Origin: Patescibacteria group bacterium
Lineage (GTDB): Bacteria; Patescibacteriota; Patescibacteriia; Buchananbacterales; UBA6539
Length of the DNA stretch: 64,000 nt
Direction of reading: 5' to 3'
NCBI GenBank assembly: GCA_034003985.1
Contig: JAVEXP010000002.1
Coordinates: forward strand, 208,789 to 272,788
The notes beneath the pieces are model-generated. The model was not told where the DNA came from, did no database searches, and saw only the letters and a program-made list of their open reading frames with translations. Below are positions 8,972 through 18,210 of the stretch, piece by piece. Every line of letters begins with the position of its first letter. Position 1 is the first letter of the stretch. The position numbers and the translations under genes are program-made.

Positions 8972-10732
8972 TTGACCTGTAAAAAAGTGAATTTTGCTTT
9001 GTCAAAAAAACAGAATATTGCCGAATCCCAAATCCAGACCAGAATCGTCTTGGTTTTTTTGTTTGTGGGGCTGTTGGGAATTTTAATTATTGGACGGCTT
9101 TTTAGTTTACAAATTTTACAGCATCAGTTTTATTTGGCCTTGGCATCCGAAACTCAGGAAGTCTATAAAAATTTGTTTCCCCAGCGCGGTTCTATTTATG
9201 TCCGGGAGAAAGACCAGCTTTACCCCCTGGTAACCAATCGCGATTATTATTTGGTTTATGCCGAGCCAGTCAAGGTTAAAGATTCGGCAAAGATTGTCGA
9301 CAGTTTGACTCCGATTCTTGATTTGAAAGAAGACGAATGGAAATCACTATTGACCAGTTTAAACAAAACCGGCGACCCTTATGAACCGATTAAGCACAAA
9401 GTCACCAAGCCCCAGGTTGAGCAAATTGAATCTTTGAACCTTGAAGGCATTGGTTTTATACCCGAGACCTTTCGGTTTTATCCGGAAAAAAATATCGGCG
9501 GACATATTTTTGGCTTTGTCGGATTTAAGGATGAAGAAAAAGTCGGGCAATACGGTTTGGAGGGTTATTTTAATGATGAGCTGTCGGGAAAATCGGGATT
9601 AATCAAGTCGGTTAAAGATGCTTTGGGTTCTTTGATTACTATTGGTCCGCGTTCCGTCCAAAAAGCCGAAGACGGGGTTGATTTGATTTTGACGATTGAC
9701 CGCCAAGTCCAATTTACCGCTTGCCAAAAATTAAAAGAATTTTATGATTGGTACCAAGCTTCATCAGGTACCGTGATTATTGCTAATCCTAAAACCGGCG
9801 CGATTGTGGCAATGTGCAGTTTTCCCGATTTTGATCCGGAGTTTTATAATGAGGTTGAAGACATCAACTATTTCAACAACCCGGCGATTTTTGGCGCTTA
9901 CGAACCTGGTTCGGTTTTTAAGACCATTACCATGGGCGCGGCTTTAAACGAAGGAAAAATCACTCCCGAGACAACCTACGAGGATACTGGTGAGCTAAAG
10001 GTTGGACCTTATAAAATAACTAATTTTGACAATAAGGCTTATGGTCAGCAGACTATGACTCAGGCCTTGTCTCAATCTTTGAATTTGGGTGCGGCCTTTG
10101 CCGCCCAGCAAATCGGCGGCTCTACTTTGGCTGACTATGTTAAGCGTTTTGGTTTTGGTACCAATACCGGGATTGAACTGAATACGGAAGTGCCTGGTAA
10201 CATTGATAATTTGGACCGGCGCGGGGATGTTTACTATTTTACCGCTTCTTACGGCCATGGTATTACCGTCACACCTTTGCAGTTGGTGGCGGCTTATGGA
10301 GCAATTGCCAACAACGGCCGGCTGATGAAACCTTATATTGTCGGGGAAAAAATTTACAGCAACGGCCGGGTGGAAATAACTCAACCGCAATTTGTTCGGC
10401 AGGTAATTGAAAATAAAACCGCCACGATTTTGACCGGAATGCTTACCCAGGTTGTTGAAAGTAGTTATGACAAAAAAGCGCGTGTTCCCAATTACTATTT
10501 GGCGGCCAAAACCGGCACGGCGTTGATTCCAGGTTCGGGCGGGGGCTACAGTAATCAGACAATTCATACCATTGTTGGCTTTGGCCCGGTCAGCGATCCG
10601 AGTTTTGTTATTCTGATTAAAATTGATAAGATTAAACGAGGACCGGCCTATGCTTCCGACAGTGTCGGGCCACTGTTTAGCCAGCTATCCCAATTTTTAC
10701 TAAACTACTATCAAATTCCTCCTGATTATTAA
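8972..10732 (+). CDS. ftsI: class B penicillin-binding protein (FtsI/PBP2 family); true start may be slightly downstream
   Basis: PQRGSIY, GQYGLEG, YEPGSVFK (SxxK), SLN (SxN), KTGTA. Confidence 0.9.
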   Translation: MTCKKVNFALSKKQNIAESQIQTRIVLVFLFVGLLGILIIGRLFSLQILQHQFYLALASETQEVYKNLFPQRGSIYVREKDQLYPLVTNRDYYLVYAEPVKVKDSAKIVDSLTPILDLKEDEWKSLLTSLNKTGDPYEPIKHKVTKPQVEQIESLNLEGIGFIPETFRFYPEKNIGGHIFGFVGFKDEEKVGQYGLEGYFNDELSGKSGLIKSVKDALGSLITIGPRSVQKAEDGVDLILTIDRQVQFTACQKLKEFYDWYQASSGTVIIANPKTGAIVAMCSFPDFDPEFYNEVEDINYFNNPAIFGAYEPGSVFKTITMGAALNEGKITPETTYEDTGELKVGPYKITNFDNKAYGQQTMTQALSQSLNLGAAFAAQQIGGSTLADYVKRFGFGTNTGIELNTEVPGNIDNLDRRGDVYYFTASYGHGITVTPLQLVAAYGAIANNGRLMKPYIVGEKIYSNGRVEITQPQFVRQVIENKTATILTGMLTQVVESSYDKKARVPNYYLAAKTGTALIPGSGGGYSNQTIHTIVGFGPVSDPSFVILIKIDKIKRGPAYASDSVGPLFSQLSQFLLNYYQIPPDY

Positions 10733-10742
10733 ATTTTAAAAA

Positions 10743-12056
10743 ATGAAAAAAATTTTTAAAAAAGTTTTGGAAATCAAATTACGCTATTTGGCCAAGGTGA
10801 TTTTGGATAAATATCAGCCGCAAATTATTGCTATTACGGGCAGCGTCGGCAAAACTTCAACCAAAGAAGCTGTTTATCAGGTTTTGTCGGCGTCCACTCG
10901 AAAAGTTCGGGCCAATGCCAAAAATTATAATAACGAAATTGGCATCCCGCTTTCAATTATTGGCAGTGAATCGGGCGGTCGTTCTTTGTTTCGCTGGTTA
11001 TCGGTTTTTTTTAAAGCTTGGCGTTTGATATTTTTTCAAGACCAATCATATCCCGAAATTCTTATTTTGGAAATGGGTGCCGATCGTCCGGGTGACCTCC
11101 AATATCTTATCAATTTTGTACCATTGAAGGTGGCGGTGGTAACCTCGGTTGCTGAAGTCCATTTGGAATTTTTTAAAACGATCAACGAAATTGCCAAGGA
11201 AAAAAGCAGCTTGGTCCGAGCCTTGGCCAAAGATGGTTTGGCAATTTTGAATTACGACGATAAATTGGTCAAAGAGATGACCAAATTAGCCAAGGGTAAA
11301 GTTGTAACTTTTGGTCTCCAACCCCAGGCCGATTTGTCAGCTAGTGAAATTTCAGTCAGTCACAATGTTGACTATAAAGATGTGTCTACTATTCAGGGAA
11401 TCAGTTTTAAGCTTAAATATAACGGTAAAACTGTTCCGGTGCTATTACCTAAGGTTTTAGGTCAGCATTTGGTTTATAGCGTCTTGGCAGCCATTGCCGT
11501 CGGAATGGCTTACGAAATGAACCTTCATGACATTATTGAGGCCATTAAAAAATTTGAACCGCCCCGGGGTCGAATGAATATCATTGAAGGCATCAAAAAT
11601 ACTTTGATAATTGATGACAGTTATAACGCTTCACCTTTATCAGTCGGCAAAGCTTTAAACCAGTTGAGTCTGATCAATCTCAATGATTTTCATCGTAAGT
11701 TTGCGGTGCTTGGCGATATGCTGGAACTGGGTTCGCGTACAGAAATGGCCCATCAGGAAATCGGCCAGGCCGCGGCTGGTTATGGTATTGATTATTTAAT
11801 TACCGTTGGTGAAATGTCGCGCGATATTGTCCGTGGCGCACTTGGTGCTGGAATGAGCGAAGACCAATGTTTTAATTTTAAAGATAGCGTTGAAGCCGGA
11901 AAATTTTTGCAGCAAAAGTTAAAGTCCGGCGATTTGGTGTTAGTTAAGGGATCGCAAGGCGTCAGAATGGAAAAAGTGGTCAAGGAAGTAATGGCTCATC
12001 CGGAGTTGGCGCCGGAATTACTGGTTCGTCAAGATAAGAGCTGGGCGGCGAAATAA
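10743..12056 (+). CDS. murF: UDP-MurNAc-tripeptide D-Ala-D-Ala ligase
   Basis: ITGSVGKTSTK, NNEIGIPL, DDSYNASP, VLGDMLELG, LVKGS. Confidence 0.93.
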   Translation: MKKIFKKVLEIKLRYLAKVILDKYQPQIIAITGSVGKTSTKEAVYQVLSASTRKVRANAKNYNNEIGIPLSIIGSESGGRSLFRWLSVFFKAWRLIFFQDQSYPEILILEMGADRPGDLQYLINFVPLKVAVVTSVAEVHLEFFKTINEIAKEKSSLVRALAKDGLAILNYDDKLVKEMTKLAKGKVVTFGLQPQADLSASEISVSHNVDYKDVSTIQGISFKLKYNGKTVPVLLPKVLGQHLVYSVLAAIAVGMAYEMNLHDIIEAIKKFEPPRGRMNIIEGIKNTLIIDDSYNASPLSVGKALNQLSLINLNDFHRKFAVLGDMLELGSRTEMAHQEIGQAAAGYGIDYLITVGEMSRDIVRGALGAGMSEDQCFNFKDSVEAGKFLQQKLKSGDLVLVKGSQGVRMEKVVKEVMAHPELAPELLVRQDKSWAAK

Positions 12057-12142
12057 TTGACAAAAATTGAATAGTTGCTATGCTGAAAGACTGCCATGTT
12101 GGCAGTCTTTTGCGGTAAACAACCCATTTCCGATATAGGAGG
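12057..12142 (+). promoter_or_regulatory. cassette promoter, leader hairpin and SD
   Basis: TTGACA begins right after the murF stop; TATGCT 12079-12084; hairpin AAAGACTGCCA/TGGCAGTCTTT; AGGAGG 12137-12142. Confidence 0.65.
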
Positions 12143-12150
12143 AGAATTTG

Positions 12151-12807
12151 ATGGTTAAGTTTCTGATCTGCCTGGGTTCGACAGCCGAAAAGCTGATTGA
12201 GCACTCTTTGGAGGGCCTGGCTTCCAAAAAAGAGGAAGTCCTGATTCCTTGGATCAGGAGGTGTTGGCCGCCGATTATTTCGCCCAACCTCTTGACGGCC
12301 GTCCGGTTTGAGATTTCCCTGGTGATTATTCTGTATTTGATCGTCGAGGGAGGTAAAGGCTATCAGGCCAATCCCTGGATCATTAGCGGAGTAATCATCG
12401 CTTGCTTGACCGACCTGATTGACGGTCCGGTGGCTCGCGCCTTGAACATGGAATCGAAGTTAGGCTCCTGGTTTGACAAGGTGGTCGATAAATTCTTGAT
12501 TCTGCCGCTTGGTACGGTGGAATTCTGGCACATCGACCGGCTGTTGGTTATTCTTTCAATTTCCGGGACAGTAGTAGCACTGATTGCTGCTACCTATAAG
12601 CTGCTTCAAGACAAGGAAGATGTTCCGGAAAACATTTTTGGCAAGTTCGGTATGAACTGCTATTGTCTGGGTATTTTTTTGGCCCTTTGGCCGGCTTGCG
12701 AGCTGGTGGCCTGGAAAATCGCCTGGATTGGCTTTGCCTTCGGCTTGGCCAGCATCATCCATAACTTTTGCCGACATTTCGGTTTGTCCGGCCCCTACCG
12801 CCACTGA
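12151..12807 (+). CDS. CDP-alcohol phosphatidyltransferase (PgsA-like)
   Basis: PNLLT; signature [27 protein letters not shown]. Confidence 0.88.
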   Translation: MVKFLICLGSTAEKLIEHSLEGLASKKEEVLIPWIRRCWPPIISPNLLTAVRFEISLVIILYLIVEGGKGYQANPWIISGVIIACLTDLIDGPVARALNMESKLGSWFDKVVDKFLILPLGTVEFWHIDRLLVILSISGTVVALIAATYKLLQDKEDVPENIFGKFGMNCYCLGIFLALWPACELVAWKIAWIGFAFGLASIIHNFCRHFGLSGPYRH

Positions 12808-12826
12808 GCGATGGGGCTCTTTTTTT
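12790..12826 (+). terminator. intrinsic terminator of pgsA-like cassette
   Basis: GCCCC...GGGGC-TC-T tract. Confidence 0.65.
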
Positions 12827-12863
12827 GTTTGAAAGAGTTGGTCTTTTCGGTTATAATTCAGTT

Positions 12864-14261
12864 ATGACTAAATTGTATTTATTTAACACTTTAGGCCGAA
12901 GCAAACAGGAATTTAAGCCGATTTTTCCTAAAACTGTTGGTCTATACACTTGCGGACCAACAGTTTATAATTATGCCCATTTAGGCAATCTGCGGACCTA
13001 TATTTTTGAAGACATTCTAAAACGGGTTTTAATCTACAATGGCTACAAAGTTAAGCACATTGAAAATATCACCGATGTCGGCCATTTGGTTTCTGATGCC
13101 GATGAGGGCGAAGACAAGATGATGAAAGCTCTCAAACGCGAAGGCTTAAAGCCGGATGGAGCCAGTCTTTTGAAGTTGGCCGAGAAATACACCCAGGCTT
13201 TTAGGCGTGATATCAGCTTGCTTAATATTTCCGAACCAAACAAATGGACTAAAGCCACCGACCATGTTAAGGAAATGATTAAGCTTATCAAGCAGATTGA
13301 AAAAAATGGTTATACTTATGAAACCGAAGACGGGATTTATTTTGATACCTCAAAGTTTAAAAATTATGGCCAACTGGCCGGACTGAAAAATGTTGATTTA
13401 AAAGCCGGTGCTCGAGTAGAAATGGGAACCAAAAAAAATCTTACAGATTTTGCTTTATGGATTAAGGCGGTGGGGGAAAACCAGCATCATGTAATGCAGT
13501 GGCCGTCACCTTGGGGGACTGGTTTTCCCGGCTGGCATATTGAATGTTCGGCCATGTCCCTTAAATATTTGGGAAGTCCTTTTGATATTCACTGCGGCGG
13601 CATTGATCATATTTCCGTTCACCATACTAACGAGATTGCCCAAAATGAAGGGGCAAGCGGCAGACAGTCAGTCAATTATTGGTGTCATGGCGAATTTTTG
13701 GTTTTGGATAGCGGCCGGATGGGCAAGAGCCAGGGTAATTTTATCACTTTACAAACTTTGATTGACAAAGGATTTGAACCTTTAGCTTTTCGTTATTTGA
13801 ATCTCCAAACCCACTATCGCCAGAAATTGACTTTTTCTTGGGACGCACTGGAAGCCGCCCAAAATGCTTTATTTAAATTCTGGGATATTATCAGCCAGTG
13901 GCCATCATCCAAAGCCGCGGTTGATAAAGATTACTTGGCTAAATTTTTGGCAGCGATTAATGATGATTTGAACATGCCGCAAGCCTTAGCTTTGGCCTGG
14001 GAAATAATCAAAGCTGACAATTTGTCAGCAGTAATTAAACGCCAAACTTTATTGGAGTTTGATAAAATTTTTGGTTTGAATTTGGTTCAAGTTAAGCCGA
14101 CTGAAATTCCTACTGAAATTATTAAACTGGCCCAGGAGAGGGAAGAAGCCAGAAAGAATAAAGATTGGGGCCGGTCGGATGAATTTAGGGATTTGGCTGC
14201 CAGTCAGGGATATTTAATCGAAGATACGGCAGACGGTTTTATTATTAAGCCTAAAAAATAA
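12864..14261 (+). CDS. cysS: cysteine-tRNA ligase
   Basis: [37 protein letters not shown]; own promoter TTGAAA-17-TATAAT at 12829-12857. Confidence 0.97.
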   Translation: MTKLYLFNTLGRSKQEFKPIFPKTVGLYTCGPTVYNYAHLGNLRTYIFEDILKRVLIYNGYKVKHIENITDVGHLVSDADEGEDKMMKALKREGLKPDGASLLKLAEKYTQAFRRDISLLNISEPNKWTKATDHVKEMIKLIKQIEKNGYTYETEDGIYFDTSKFKNYGQLAGLKNVDLKAGARVEMGTKKNLTDFALWIKAVGENQHHVMQWPSPWGTGFPGWHIECSAMSLKYLGSPFDIHCGGIDHISVHHTNEIAQNEGASGRQSVNYWCHGEFLVLDSGRMGKSQGNFITLQTLIDKGFEPLAFRYLNLQTHYRQKLTFSWDALEAAQNALFKFWDIISQWPSSKAAVDKDYLAKFLAAINDDLNMPQALALAWEIIKADNLSAVIKRQTLLEFDKIFGLNLVQVKPTEIPTEIIKLAQEREEARKNKDWGRSDEFRDLAASQGYLIEDTADGFIIKPKK

Positions 14262-14263
14262 TT

Positions 14264-14533
14264 ATGGAAAATTTAATTCGTAATTTAATTTTTATCGTTG
14301 GGCTAATTGCTATTGCAATTTATTTTTTTGTCGGCTGGCAGGGGATATTGGCTTTACTCGCTACGGCCGCTCCCTTGTTTTTTCCGTTAATTATGATTTT
14401 AATCATCGGTCTTTCTTTCAAGAATACTCTTAAAAAGAACGGTATTAAAACCGGCAGCCTTGCTGATTGGCAACGCCAAATCACCAAAATAATTGAAGAA
14501 AGTAATAATAAAATAAATCAAACCAAAAAATAG
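14264..14533 (+). CDS. small membrane protein
   Basis: two hydrophobic helices, tightly packed in operon. Confidence 0.6.
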   Translation: MENLIRNLIFIVGLIAIAIYFFVGWQGILALLATAAPLFFPLIMILIIGLSFKNTLKKNGIKTGSLADWQRQITKIIEESNNKINQTKK

Positions 14534-14535
14534 CT

Positions 14536-15660
14536 ATGGCAAAAAAAGTTCTTATCGTTTACGCTACCGGCGGAATGGGCCATGTGACGGCGGCCAAAGC
14601 CGTCCAGCAGGCCTTTGAAGAGAAATATCCCGAAGTTGAAATTAAGAATGTTGATGTGATTGATTACGCCAATGGTCTTTACAAAAAAGTGTTTGTTGAC
14701 GGCTATAACTATGTCAGCGCTAAAAAGCCGGAAATGTGGGGTTGGCTTTATCGCAAGTTTAACAAGCCATCGCGCCAAAAATTGCCGACCGCTCTTTCTA
14801 AATTGGCAATCGAAGGCAAATTTATCCCTTTTATTAAGGATTTTAAGCCAGACTTTATCGTTTCAACTCATCCTTTGCCGATGCTGCTGGTTTCCAGCTC
14901 AAAGCGCAAGGAGGTGATTGATATTTATTCTTCAATGGTGGTGACTGATTTTGGCTGCCACAGTTTTTGGGTTGATTTGGAAGTCAATTATTATTTTACG
15001 GCCACTAATGATGTCGGCAAATGTCTCCAAAATTATGGAGTTAAACCTGATCAAGTCGTGGCCACTGGCATCCCAATTCATCCAAAGTTTTCCAAATCTT
15101 TGGATCGCCAAAGTTTGCAGCAGAAATTTGGGCTTAATCCCAATTTATTTACTTTGCTGATTGTTGGCGGCCAGTTCAGTTTTGCCGCTTTGACAAAAGT
15201 GATTAACGGCGTTGAAAAGAAACATGCTGGCAAGGTTCAATATTTGGTAGTGGCCGGACGAGATCAAGAGCTGAAAGCTGCGATTGAAAATTCCGATTTG
15301 GACAAAAAATCTCATACTAAAGTTTTTGGTTTCGTTGATAATATGGAGGAATTAATGACAGTTTCGGATATCATTTTTTCCAAAGCCGGCGGTTTGACGG
15401 TTTCGGAATGCATGGCCAAAGGCTTGCCGATGATTATCAATAAAGTTATTCCTGGCCAAGAAGAAGATAATGTTGATTATCTGGTCAATAAAAACGCCGC
15501 GGTTAAAGTTAATAATTTTGGTGAAGTGTCAGAAGTTGTTAGCATCTTAGTGAATGATCCTCAAAGATTAACTGCTATGAAGGCGGCGGCCAAAGCAATT
15601 GGTAAACCAGCTTCGGCTGTTGATTTGGCGGACTTTGTTGTAAGACAGATAAAAAATTGA
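14536..15660 (+). CDS. GT28 glycosyltransferase, MGDG synthase/UgtP-like
   Basis: GGMGHVTAA, STHP, VVTDF, TGIP, KAGGLTVSE, PGQEEDN. Confidence 0.88.
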   Translation: MAKKVLIVYATGGMGHVTAAKAVQQAFEEKYPEVEIKNVDVIDYANGLYKKVFVDGYNYVSAKKPEMWGWLYRKFNKPSRQKLPTALSKLAIEGKFIPFIKDFKPDFIVSTHPLPMLLVSSSKRKEVIDIYSSMVVTDFGCHSFWVDLEVNYYFTATNDVGKCLQNYGVKPDQVVATGIPIHPKFSKSLDRQSLQQKFGLNPNLFTLLIVGGQFSFAALTKVINGVEKKHAGKVQYLVVAGRDQELKAAIENSDLDKKSHTKVFGFVDNMEELMTVSDIIFSKAGGLTVSECMAKGLPMIINKVIPGQEEDNVDYLVNKNAAVKVNNFGEVSEVVSILVNDPQRLTAMKAAAKAIGKPASAVDLADFVVRQIKN

Positions 15661-15666
15661 ATTCAT

Positions 15667-15718
15667 AAATAAATAAATAAAATAGTAAATTTCTTGAGTT
15701 ACTATTTTATTTATTTTG
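15667..15718 (+). terminator. AT-rich hairpin/terminator
   Basis: AAATAAATAAAATAGTAA...TTACTATTTTATTTATTT. Confidence 0.55.
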
Positions 15719-15743
15719 TTTTAATCATTCAAAACACGATGGT

Positions 15744-15854
15744 GGGGGTTTGGGGGAAATACTGAGCCCAGCACAAGGGCTCAATGGATGGAATAGAATA
15801 TCAGGCGAATTATTTCTCCCAAAACTTTTGGTTACTTTTGGTTACAAAAGTAAC
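15744..15854 (+). repeat. structured ~110-nt repeat, copy 1
   Basis: GTTTGGGGGAAATA/TATTTCTCCCAAAAC stem, TGAGCCC/GGGCTCA hairpin, 3' CTTTTG-GTTACTTTTG-GTTA-CAAAAGTAAC hairpin. Confidence 0.55.
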
Positions 15855-15901
15855 AGAGAAATTCTAAATAAAACTAAAATTTACGCATAACTTTATTTTT
15901 T

Positions 15902-16010
15902 GCCATTTTTTTAGAAAAAGTGGCCAAAAAGCGTGGGGCGACAATGCGCCTTCAGCTTCAATCTAGCTTTTGTCCTCCCTAGCCTTGGGCTTAGTGTCAC
16001 CCTGTACCCC
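15902..16010 (-). repeat. structured ~110-nt repeat, copy 2 (convergent with copy 1)
   Basis: minus strand GGGGTACAGGGTGACA..TAAGCCC..AGGCGCATTGTCGCCC..CTTTTTGGCCACTTTTTCTAAAAAAATGGC. Confidence 0.55.
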
Positions 16011-16033
16011 ATACTTAGAATATTTGCATTAAT

Positions 16034-16110
16034 AAAAAAGAGCCCCGCACCAGCTTTGACTCCTCGAAACCTTTAAGGGGTTTCTTGGAATACTTAACTG
16101 ATGCGGGGGC
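16034..16110 (-). terminator. long terminator hairpin of two-gene cassette
   Basis: minus strand CCCCGCATCAGTT...AGCTGGTGCGGGG-CTC-T6. Confidence 0.7.
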
Positions 16111-16128
16111 GGGGTTGTGCGGGGGGTC

Positions 16129-16308
16129 TTATGCGGTGGGGGTGTTGGCCGGATGGGTCAGCAACGCCTTGATCTCTTCAAAGGCGCCATCGGCGCAAAC
16201 TGGGCAGTAACTGTGAGACACTTGACTGTCTCCTGTCTCTTGGCTACTGGCCGCGACCCAAACGCCATCACGGTGCACCTTCTTACATACGCAACATTGT
16301 ATTATCAT
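16129..16308 (-). CDS. 59-aa putative zinc-binding microprotein (below the ORF-track cutoff)
   Basis: MIIQCCVCKKVHRDGVW...VSHSYCPVCADGAFEEIK; SD AGGAGG directly after the upstream stop. Confidence 0.75.
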   Translation of the reverse strand: MIIQCCVCKKVHRDGVWVAASSQETGDSQVSHSYCPVCADGAFEEIKALLTHPANTPTA

Positions 16309-16322
16309 ACACTTCCCTCCTG

Positions 16323-16517
16323 CTAGGCCAACTTCATGGCCTCTTCTTCGTCCTTACACGGCTCAAACTGCGAAGCCGTGATTTCTTGGGGAACTTCCCG
16401 GCCATCCCCAATATGGCCGTCAACCGGGACAACCACTAGTTTGTGGTCGTCCACTCGTTCGACCAGTTGGACTGGTCGGCGCGCGCCACCTATGGTGGCG
16501 ACCCCAAAAACCGGCAC
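16323..16517 (-). CDS. 64-aa hypothetical protein
   Basis: SD AAGGAGG then GTG 16517; MPVFGVATIGGARRPVQLVERVDDHKLVV... Confidence 0.65.
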   Translation of the reverse strand: MPVFGVATIGGARRPVQLVERVDDHKLVVVPVDGHIGDGREVPQEITASQFEPCKDEEEAMKLA

Positions 16518-16589
16518 GGCAAACCTCCTTTCGTTAATGCTCTTTCGAGCATGACCATGCAAAATTATCCCAATTGTAGGGAATGTTTC

Positions 16590-16618
16590 ATTATATCATT
16601 AATTATATTGTTTGTCAA
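16590..16618 (-). promoter_or_regulatory. consensus sigma70 promoter of cassette
   Basis: TTGACA-17-TATAAT with extended TG. Confidence 0.85.
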
Positions 16619-16620
16619 CT

Positions 16621-16648
16621 AAAAAAATCCTGATATGAGGATTTTTTT
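16621..16648 (-). terminator. corA terminator
   Basis: A7-TCCT-loop-AGGA-T7. Confidence 0.6.
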
Positions 16649-16671
16649 AGCTAAATTTAGCTAAGTTTAAG

Positions 16672-17607
16672 TTATAACCAACCCTTTCGTTTAAAGAATA
16701 ACAGCATTGCGGAAATGATTATCAGCATTATGCTGATTATATACCAAAAACCCAGTGAGTTATCAATGAATGGCATGGAGTGCGTTGTATTCATGCCAAA
16801 AACAGTTGCTAATAAAGTTACTGGAAAAGTGATAACCGAAATGATTGTCAGGATTCTCATGATATCGTTTAACCTGAACGATATTTGGGATTCATTGGTA
16901 GCCTGCAAAGCTTCAATCCTTTCCTTAAGATTTTCCAAGGTATCCCAAATTTCCTTGGTGTAGTCGGTCAAACTTTCAAAATAAGCGTCGGTTTTTTTTA
17001 TCACAAATTCCGGGCTGTCTTTTAGGTTTAGAATAAGCTTTTTTAAAACATTTTTGTGGACTTGCATGATTTTTCGAAAATCGGTGATATTGCGCCTGAT
17101 AATCAGGATTTCGGAAACCATCTTTTTTTCTCTGCCGGTAAATATCGCTTGTTCAATGTTATCGCAGTCTTCGCTTAAGTGGTCGATCATCGGAAAAATA
17201 TAATTGAACAGCTTGTTAAGGATTTCATAAAGCAATTTTTCCGGTGATTTGTCCGGATATTTTTGGCGCATATCCGGGCTGATTCTGAATAATTCAAAAA
17301 AATCTTTAAAAACCGCCAATTCACCATGATGAATAGTAATCAAGCGGTTTTTGCTTAAAAAAATGTTTATTTCGCTTGATTCAATCATCCGGTTTTGGTC
17401 ATTGTAGACCGGAAAAAGCAATACTAAAAAAGTGTATTTGGGATAGGTGTCAATTTTACTGCGATGACTGGTAGTCAGACAGTCGGCCAGGTCAAGCGGA
17501 TGGAATTTATAGGTTTCGCCAAGTAAATTGATATCTTCTTCATTTGGGCTGTCAATATCAATCCAGTCGAATTCTTTGAATGAGATGGTTTTTGTTTTTC
17601 CAGGCAT
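16672..17607 (-). CDS. corA: CorA family Mg2+/Co2+ transporter
   Basis: WIDI, FHPL, LNDIMRILT, FGMN motif, two C-terminal TMs, KRKGWL. Confidence 0.93.
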   Translation of the reverse strand: MPGKTKTISFKEFDWIDIDSPNEEDINLLGETYKFHPLDLADCLTTSHRSKIDTYPKYTFLVLLFPVYNDQNRMIESSEINIFLSKNRLITIHHGELAVFKDFFELFRISPDMRQKYPDKSPEKLLYEILNKLFNYIFPMIDHLSEDCDNIEQAIFTGREKKMVSEILIIRRNITDFRKIMQVHKNVLKKLILNLKDSPEFVIKKTDAYFESLTDYTKEIWDTLENLKERIEALQATNESQISFRLNDIMRILTIISVITFPVTLLATVFGMNTTHSMPFIDNSLGFWYIISIMLIIISAMLLFFKRKGWL

Positions 17608-17698
17608 AATCTTTGGTTAGTTTATTCAATTCTACCATAAATTGCCAAGCACTGAAAGAGTTTGTTTTTGGCTTGATTTTATATTATAATTAATTGGT

Positions 17699-18205
17699 AT
17701 GGCAGCAAAAATATTTAATAAGTCTGGCGGCTTTGAGCAGGACATTTTAAAAGATTTGGATCCGGAAAAGCCGTCTCGTTCGCCCGATCGGGAGTCGGGG
17801 GAAGTTTTAAGCTCAGTTGAAAGCCCGGAATTACGAACCGAAATTTTGAAGGAAATTGATAAATCAAGGCCGGAAAAGATTGGTGCCGAAAAGGATTTGC
17901 CCGGTGTTGGACCAAGTGTTTCACCGGCGGTCAAAACCAAAACCCTGGTTGACATTGAAAATATCCTTCAGCAAGATTTAGAGGATACCTATTTTAGGAT
18001 GGATCCGGATTTGCAAAAGAAATTCAAATCCGAGGGTGAAAATGTTGCTGCTAAAATTGAGCGGATGTTGAAAGAAGGCAGGGTTAAGGCCAAAAAAGTT
18101 TTCAAATTAATCTGGCAGTGGCTTAAGCTTATCCCCAAGGTTAATAAATTTTTTATTAAACAGGAAGCAAAAATCAAAACCGATAAGATATTAAAAATAA
18201 AATAA
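17699..18205 (+). CDS. hypothetical protein
   Basis: 168 aa, 5 nt upstream of the T4CP-like gene; IENIL..DL, WLKLIPKVNKFFIKQEAKIKTDKI. Confidence 0.7.
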   Translation: MAAKIFNKSGGFEQDILKDLDPEKPSRSPDRESGEVLSSVESPELRTEILKEIDKSRPEKIGAEKDLPGVGPSVSPAVKTKTLVDIENILQQDLEDTYFRMDPDLQKKFKSEGENVAAKIERMLKEGRVKAKKVFKLIWQWLKLIPKVNKFFIKQEAKIKTDKILKIK

Positions 18206-18210
18206 AAATC

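Noticed and set aside
15761-15810. Hammerhead ribozyme-like CTGA...CGAA
   Set aside because: Lacks the CUGANGA and GAAA core; the second copy reads CTAA/GCA
16117-16554. Plus-strand ORFs 16117-16326 and 16336-16554
   Set aside because: Promoter, SD sites and terminator all support the minus-strand two-gene reading
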